Assembly (NCBI GenBank): GCA_938084645.1
Contig: CALKEP010000008.1
Location: forward strand, 96,001 to 160,000
Direction of reading: 5' to 3'
Source: an uncultured Phycisphaerales bacterium
GTDB taxonomy: Bacteria > Planctomycetota > Phycisphaerae > Phycisphaerales > SM1A02
Length of the DNA: 64,000 nt
A model generated the notes under the pieces. It did not search any database, had not been told where the DNA came from, and saw only the letters and a program-made list of their open reading frames with translations. A program made the translations under genes and the position numbers. Shown one piece after another: positions 58,871 to 64,000 of the stretch. The first letter of the stretch is position 1, and every line of letters starts with the position of its first letter.

Positions 58871-61135
58871 ATGTTCGATCGACGCCCCGCTTTCTTCCGA
58901 TTCCTGACCGCCGGCCTGGTGCTCGCGGTCTCAGCGTCGTCGAGTGCGATCGTCCAGGATCCACCAGTCGTGCCGGACACGGTCGAGGCGTGGCGGGCGA
59001 GTCTCTGGGAGGCCGCGATCGACGGTGACGATGCGGCGGTGGAGTCGCACTTCGCCCGATTGCCGGCCGATGCCGATGAGGCGGCGAGGGCCGAGCTCCG
59101 CCTGGCACTGGAGGCCCGCGACGGCCATGACGAGCAATCGGACGACGACCGCGACGCCGGACGTCGCGAAGCGACCGAGGAGCTCGAGGCGAAGCTCGCG
59201 GAGGACGACGTCACGGCGGCGCTCACCGCGGCGGTCCGGCTCCAGACGCTCTCCGACGACTGGAACGCGGTGCTCGAGGCGACCGAGATCGAAGCGTTGG
59301 TGAAGCAGGCGGAGGCCGTCGAGGCTGTCGCCCGCGCCGACCGCGACTGGTTGCGGGTGCAGGAGATCCTGTTCCGGCTGCGGACGCTTCATGAGGACAC
59401 CGATCGGAAGGCCGAGCACGCGGACTACGAGGCGAGGCTCGAAGAGGTCAATCGTCGCATCGGACTGCTCGCCCGTTATGCGCCGCGGGCCCTGTACGAA
59501 CTTCGCGCCCGAAACATGGCGAGACTCGAACCGGAGACGGAGTTCCCTGAATTCAACGAGGCTTTCGCGGAAGACTGGAAGGAGGCGTTGAACGGAATCT
59601 CCGAGCGGATGGTTCGAGCCTCGCTCCGCACCGCCGCCAGCGAACACGTCTCCAACTGCGGGTGGAAGCCGCTGCTCGACGGTGGGCTCGAGGCGGTCGA
59701 GATCTTCTCGACCACCGATCAGCTCGTCGAGAACTTCCCGGGACTGGCGGATCGGAGCAAGGTCCAGGCGTGGCGGGACATGGTGGAGGCGGAGCGGGCA
59801 TCGCTCGCCGAGCTGCCCGCGGCCAACGTCTCGCGGCAGGACTACCACCGGATCATGCGGGCGCTGCTCGAAGGCAATCGTGATTCCATCAAGGTTCCCG
59901 ACGAGGTCATCCTCCGCGAGTTCGCGGAAGGCGCGACCTATCGACTCGAAGACGCCTACTCCGACCAGTACACGCAGGTGATCTGGCCCGAGCAGCTTCG
60001 CCGCTTCCAGCAGCAGGTCCAGGGCGACTTCGTCGGCGTGGGCGTGATGATCCGCCACGACGACAAACGGGAGATCATGATCGTCAATCCGCTCGAAGGA
60101 TCGCCCGCTTCGCGTGGGGGCGTGCTCGAGAACGACCGGATCGTCGCGGTCGATGGGATTCCGACCACCGGCTGGAGCCTCACTCGCGCCGTCGACGAGA
60201 TCACCGGGCCGGAAGGCGAAGAGGTCCTCCTTTCGCTGCGTCGGGAGGGTGTGGAGCAACCGCTCGAGGTTCCGCTGGTCCGCAACCGGATCAAGATCCG
60301 TTCGGTCAACGGGTGGTTCAAGAAGTCCCTCGACGAGGACGGGACCCCCAGCTGGGACTGGTTCATCGATCCCGAGGACGGCATCGGCTACATCCGGCTC
60401 ACCTCGTTCAACGACGAGAGCTTCAACGACTTCCTCGTCGCGGTGGACGAGATGCGGGCGACGCGGGATCTTCGCGGGCTGATCCTCGATCTCCGGTTCA
60501 ACCCCGGCGGTCTTCTGGACAGCGCGATCCGATTCTCGAACCTGTTCGTGGAGAACGGCGAGATCGTCTCCTGCGAGGATCGCGACGGGATCACGGTGTG
60601 GAGTCGCCCCGCGACGCCGCAGATGGCGTTCCTCAAGGGGCTGCCGCTGGCCGTCCTGGTGAACCAGGGTTCCGCCAGTGCCAGCGAGATCGTCTCCGGA
60701 TGTCTCGACGTCCATGAGGCGGCGGTGGTGGTGGGCGAACGCACCTTCGGCAAGGGGAGCGTCCAGTCGCTCCACGACGTCTCCGATCGAACCGGGCAGG
60801 CGGCGCTGAAGCTGACCACCCAGTACTACGCACTTCCGCCGGCGGCGGGGGAGGAACGCGGTCGGCTGGTGCACAAGACCCAGGGAGGCGACGACTGGGG
60901 GGTGAATCCCGACATCACCGTTTCGATGACGCCGGAGCAGAATCAGAAGGCATACGACCTTCGACGCTCGGCGGATCTGATCGCGGATTGGGACGCCGAC
61001 CGTGATCCGGCGGATCGCCCGGATCCTCGCACCCTCATCGACGATGGGATCGATGCCCAGCTCGAGATGGCGCTTCTCCTGCTCCGAGCGAGGCTTCTGG
61101 AATCCGCGGATGAGGACAAGGTCGCCTCGAACTGA
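58871..61135 (+). CDS. Carboxy-terminal processing protease, S41 family, with PDZ domain
   Basis: Signal peptide; FVGVGV (PDZ), IGYIRL..F, LILDLRFNPGGLL, SASASEIV, TFGKGSVQ, V.PDI, D.QL. Confidence 0.93.
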   Translation: MFDRRPAFFRFLTAGLVLAVSASSSAIVQDPPVVPDTVEAWRASLWEAAIDGDDAAVESHFARLPADADEAARAELRLALEARDGHDEQSDDDRDAGRREATEELEAKLAEDDVTAALTAAVRLQTLSDDWNAVLEATEIEALVKQAEAVEAVARADRDWLRVQEILFRLRTLHEDTDRKAEHADYEARLEEVNRRIGLLARYAPRALYELRARNMARLEPETEFPEFNEAFAEDWKEALNGISERMVRASLRTAASEHVSNCGWKPLLDGGLEAVEIFSTTDQLVENFPGLADRSKVQAWRDMVEAERASLAELPAANVSRQDYHRIMRALLEGNRDSIKVPDEVILREFAEGATYRLEDAYSDQYTQVIWPEQLRRFQQQVQGDFVGVGVMIRHDDKREIMIVNPLEGSPASRGGVLENDRIVAVDGIPTTGWSLTRAVDEITGPEGEEVLLSLRREGVEQPLEVPLVRNRIKIRSVNGWFKKSLDEDGTPSWDWFIDPEDGIGYIRLTSFNDESFNDFLVAVDEMRATRDLRGLILDLRFNPGGLLDSAIRFSNLFVENGEIVSCEDRDGITVWSRPATPQMAFLKGLPLAVLVNQGSASASEIVSGCLDVHEAAVVVGERTFGKGSVQSLHDVSDRTGQAALKLTTQYYALPPAAGEERGRLVHKTQGGDDWGVNPDITVSMTPEQNQKAYDLRRSADLIADWDADRDPADRPDPRTLIDDGIDAQLEMALLLLRARLLESADEDKVASN

Positions 61136-61264
61136 CGCCCAGAGCACCGGAGGGGCACCTCGGACCGCTGACCGGGTGTTCCAACCGGGGGCAGAGGTCA
61201 CGCCTTTCGGATTCCGGACATTCCCGCCCGGGTTCCCACCCGGCGAAAGCGACTCGATTCGAGG

Positions 61265-61293
61265 TTGCCGCGGGCCCTCGGGCCCGCCATAAT
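61265..61293 (+). promoter_or_regulatory. Candidate sigma70 promoter of the pdh operon
   Basis: TTGCCG-N17-CATAAT, 62 nt upstream of pdhA. Confidence 0.55.
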
Positions 61294-61355
61294 CAGGGAT
61301 TCGCGAGACCGTGCGCGTCTCGCCGCCCGTCCCCGACTCCGCCCGGAGAAACTGG

Positions 61356-62468
61356 ATGTCCTCCGTGACCGACCCTGCTCGTACCGCCGCCGGCGGCCTA
61401 CGTCCGCTGGCCGAACGCACCTCCGCGACGCCCGAACAACTGCATGAGTGGCTTCGTCAGATGCTGCTGATCCGTGAGTTCGAGGTGCGGACGATGCAGG
61501 CGTATCAGGACAAGAAGATCGGTGGCTTCTGTCACATCTACATCGGCCAGGAGGCCGTCGCGGTGGGTTGCACCGCCGCGGTCCGCCACGAGGACCCGAT
61601 CGTGACCGCGTATCGCGATCACGGCCACGCACTGGCCCGGGGAATGCACCCGAAGTACTGCATGGCCGAGATGTTCGGACGCATCGGTGGCTGCGCCAAG
61701 GGCAAGGGCGGGTCGATGCACATGTTCGACAAGCCGAACAACCTCTTCGGGGGGCATGGGATCGTCGGGGCGCAGACCCCGCTCGGAGCCGGACTCGCCT
61801 TCGCCAAGAAGTACCAGGACGAGGTGATCGACGGCGGGACCAGCGAACACGTGAGCCTCTGCTTCCTGGGGGACGGCGCGCTCAACCAGGGCGCCTTCTA
61901 CGAGGCGATGAACCTCGCGAGCCTGTTCGACATCCCGGTGATCTTCGTGGTCGAGAACAACGGCTACTCGATGGGCACCTCGATCGAACGGGGCACCTCG
62001 ATGGCGAACCGGATCATCGCGAAGGGCGAGGGATGCGGCCTCCGTGGCTACGAGATCGAGGGCATGGACGTCATCGACGTCTATGAAGCCATGAAGGACG
62101 TCGCGGACACCGCGCGGGCCGAGAGCCGGCCGGCGATGGTCGACCTCAAGACCTACCGGTTCAAGGGCCACTCGATGTCGGACCCCCGGAAGTACCGGAC
62201 TCGGGACGAAGAGGAGCAGTGGGAGTCGGATGATCCGATCACTCGTCTTCGCGACGCGATGTACGAGGCGGGCCTTCTCGACGAGGCCGGTTTCAAGGCG
62301 CTCGGGAAGGAGCAGAAGCTCCTCGTCCGCGAGTCGATCGCCTGGGCCGAGGCCTCACCCGAACCCCCGATCGAGGAACTTCACACCGACGTCTACGTGG
62401 AGCGGTTCGGACCGTACCTCGGGACCAGCATGCCCCAGATCGTGACCGATGCGGAGGAGAACCGATGA
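61356..62468 (+). CDS. pdhA: Pyruvate dehydrogenase E1 alpha
   Basis: GFCH.YIGQEA, TAYRDH, GKGGSMH, GDGA.NQG..N TPP motif, TYRFKGHSMSDP. Confidence 0.96.
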   Translation: MSSVTDPARTAAGGLRPLAERTSATPEQLHEWLRQMLLIREFEVRTMQAYQDKKIGGFCHIYIGQEAVAVGCTAAVRHEDPIVTAYRDHGHALARGMHPKYCMAEMFGRIGGCAKGKGGSMHMFDKPNNLFGGHGIVGAQTPLGAGLAFAKKYQDEVIDGGTSEHVSLCFLGDGALNQGAFYEAMNLASLFDIPVIFVVENNGYSMGTSIERGTSMANRIIAKGEGCGLRGYEIEGMDVIDVYEAMKDVADTARAESRPAMVDLKTYRFKGHSMSDPRKYRTRDEEEQWESDDPITRLRDAMYEAGLLDEAGFKALGKEQKLLVRESIAWAEASPEPPIEELHTDVYVERFGPYLGTSMPQIVTDAEENR

Positions 62469-63451
62469 GCGAGCGCGTGATCGAATTCCGTGACGCCCTG
62501 CGCGAAGCGATGACCCAGGAGATGCACCGGGACCCCCGCGTCTATCTGCTCGGCGAGGAGGTCGCGCAGTACGACGGGGCCTACAAGGTGAGCCGCGGGA
62601 TGCTCGAGGAGTTCGGTCCGCGCCGGATCATCGACACGCCCATCTCCGAGAGCGGATTCGCCGGCATGGCGATCGGCTCGGCGATGCTCGGTCTCCGTCC
62701 GATCGTGGAGTTCATGAGCTGGTCGTTCAGTCTCGTGGCCGCCGATCCGATCCTGAACAACGCGCCCAAGATGCTCTACATGAGCGGTGGTCAGTTCGGT
62801 TGTCCGATCGTCTTCCGCGGAAACGACGGTGCGGGTGGTCAGCTCGGCTCCACGCACTCATGGTGCGTTGAGGGACTCTTCTCGAACGTGCCCGGACTGA
62901 AGATGGCGATCCCGGCCTTCCCGGACGATGCCAAGGGTCTGCTCGCCACCGCGATCCAGGACGACGATCCGGTGTTCATGCTCGAGAGCGAACGCCTGCT
63001 GGCGATGAAGGGTCACGTGCCGGAAGGGGACCACTACGTTCCGTTCGGCAAGGCGGTGATCCGTCGACCCGGAACCGACGTGACGCTGGTCTCCTTCGGC
63101 CGGCCGGTCCACTTCTGTCTCGAGGCCGCCGAGGAACTCGCGAAGGAGGGGATCTCCTGCGAGGTGATCGACGGTCGGACCATCCGTCCGCTCGACATCG
63201 ACACGATCGTGGAGAGCGTCCGCAGGACGAACGCCTGCGTCGTCGTCGATCAGTCCTGGAGTTTCGGTTCGCCCGGCTCCGAGATCGCAGCACAGGTGCA
63301 CGCGCACTGCTTCGATGATCTCGACAACCACGTCATGCGGGTCCACAGCGCCGACGTCCCGACGCCCTACGCGTCGAATCTCGAGCAGGAGTACCTGCCG
63401 AACGCGAGACGGATCGCCGAGGCGGTGCGAAGCTCGCTCTACGTCGCCTGA
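62465..63451 (+). CDS. pdhB: Pyruvate dehydrogenase E1 beta
   Basis: GEEVAQYDGAYKV, DTPISE, RPIVEFM, DAKGLL, GKA.I.R.G.D, IRPLD. Confidence 0.96.
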   Translation: MSERVIEFRDALREAMTQEMHRDPRVYLLGEEVAQYDGAYKVSRGMLEEFGPRRIIDTPISESGFAGMAIGSAMLGLRPIVEFMSWSFSLVAADPILNNAPKMLYMSGGQFGCPIVFRGNDGAGGQLGSTHSWCVEGLFSNVPGLKMAIPAFPDDAKGLLATAIQDDDPVFMLESERLLAMKGHVPEGDHYVPFGKAVIRRPGTDVTLVSFGRPVHFCLEAAEELAKEGISCEVIDGRTIRPLDIDTIVESVRRTNACVVVDQSWSFGSPGSEIAAQVHAHCFDDLDNHVMRVHSADVPTPYASNLEQEYLPNARRIAEAVRSSLYVA

Positions 63452-63522
63452 TCGTCCTTCCCGATCACCGCCGGTCCGATCACCTCGTCCACCCGCGTCA
63501 CGAAACCGCCGAGAAGCACACC

Positions 63523-64000
63523 ATGTCCATCACGCTCACCATGCCCCGACTCTCCGACACCATGGAGCAGGGAACGATCATCCGGTGGAACGTCAAGGAG
63601 GGCGAGGAAGTCGCTTCCGGCGCGATCGTCGCCGACATCGAGACCGACAAGGCGACGATGGAGATGCAGGCCTACGACGACGGCGTGATCGCGAAGATCC
63701 TCGTGGGCGAAGGCATGCAGGTGCCGGTGGGGACGCCGATCGCGATGATCGCCGAGGAGGGCGAGGACCCCGCTTCGCTGGACGCATCCACTCCGGATCA
63801 GCCCGCCCCGCCGGCCGAGGACTCGACGTCCGCGACGGAGGACGTGACACCGAGCCCGGCGCCGCCCGCCGCTTCGGCCGCGGCGCCGTCGGAAGCCCCT
63901 GCCACCGATGCGGGGCGGATGCGGGTGAGTCCCGTCGCTCGCCGGCTCGCCGAGGAGCACGGAATCGAACTTCGATCGCTGGTCGGAAGCGGACCGGGCG
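63523..64000 (+). CDS. pdhC: Dihydrolipoamide acetyltransferase E2 (partial, runs off the right edge)
   Basis: MPRLSDTMEQG...IETDKATME lipoyl domain, A/P linker, SPVARRLAEE.GI.L...GSGPG. Confidence 0.94.
   Translation, partial: MSITLTMPRLSDTMEQGTIIRWNVKEGEEVASGAIVADIETDKATMEMQAYDDGVIAKILVGEGMQVPVGTPIAMIAEEGEDPASLDASTPDQPAPPAEDSTSATEDVTPSPAPPAASAAAPSEAPATDAGRMRVSPVARRLAEEHGIELRSLVGSGPG

Noticed and set aside
1..64000. Many long antisense or alternative-frame ORFs (e.g. 2668-5229, 10733-13141, 16335-18977, 36049-38430, 58931-61420)
   Set aside because: They overlap well-supported genes and have R/P/G-rich, motif-free translations, as expected for shadow ORFs in high-GC DNA
1..64000. CRISPR arrays, IS/transposases, integrases, phage or defence genes, tRNA/rRNA
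   Set aside because: No regularly spaced direct repeats, recognisable motifs or cloverleaf structures were seen by eye; a tool scan could still find something I missed

Overview
Very GC-rich, gene-dense bacterial chromosome segment. It is probably from a Planctomycetota (Phycisphaerales-like) organism, inferred from the C-terminal dockerin-like 'DxxxDGxVDGxDLGxxLxxWG' repeats, the CxxCxYxL..CPECG zinc-ribbon membrane proteins, the futalosine genes and cdaA. Most of the window is core genome: ggt, cysteine desulfurase, pgi/tal, tyrS, cdaA-cdaR, SRP RNA-dnaX-ybaB-recR-rpoN, ilvE, mqnC/mqnD, a tandem PTPS/QueD, ruvC, trpE, an S41 protease and pdhABC. It also holds a ~17.5 kb flagellar cluster: TPR protein, FlgN-like protein, histidine kinase, sigma54 activator, then flgB, flgC, fliE, fliF, fliG, fliH, fliI, fliJ, an ORF, fliK, flgD, an ORF and flgE. 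I saw no transposase, integrase, phage gene, CRISPR array, tRNA or rRNA, and I cannot claim a clearly new multi-gene system. The best leads are: (1) an A10 slippery site plus hairpin in dnaX (tau/gamma recoding); (2) an unannotated structured RNA ending in an intrinsic terminator at 53466-53653; (3) a flagellar kinase with no sensor domain, coupled to a large membrane-anchored TPR protein; (4) many apparently leaderless genes, with TANNNT 6-9 nt before the start codon; (5) motif deviations in CdaA, TyrRS, DnaX, PTPS and the SRP RNA. All calls come from motif recognition by eye; no searches were run.
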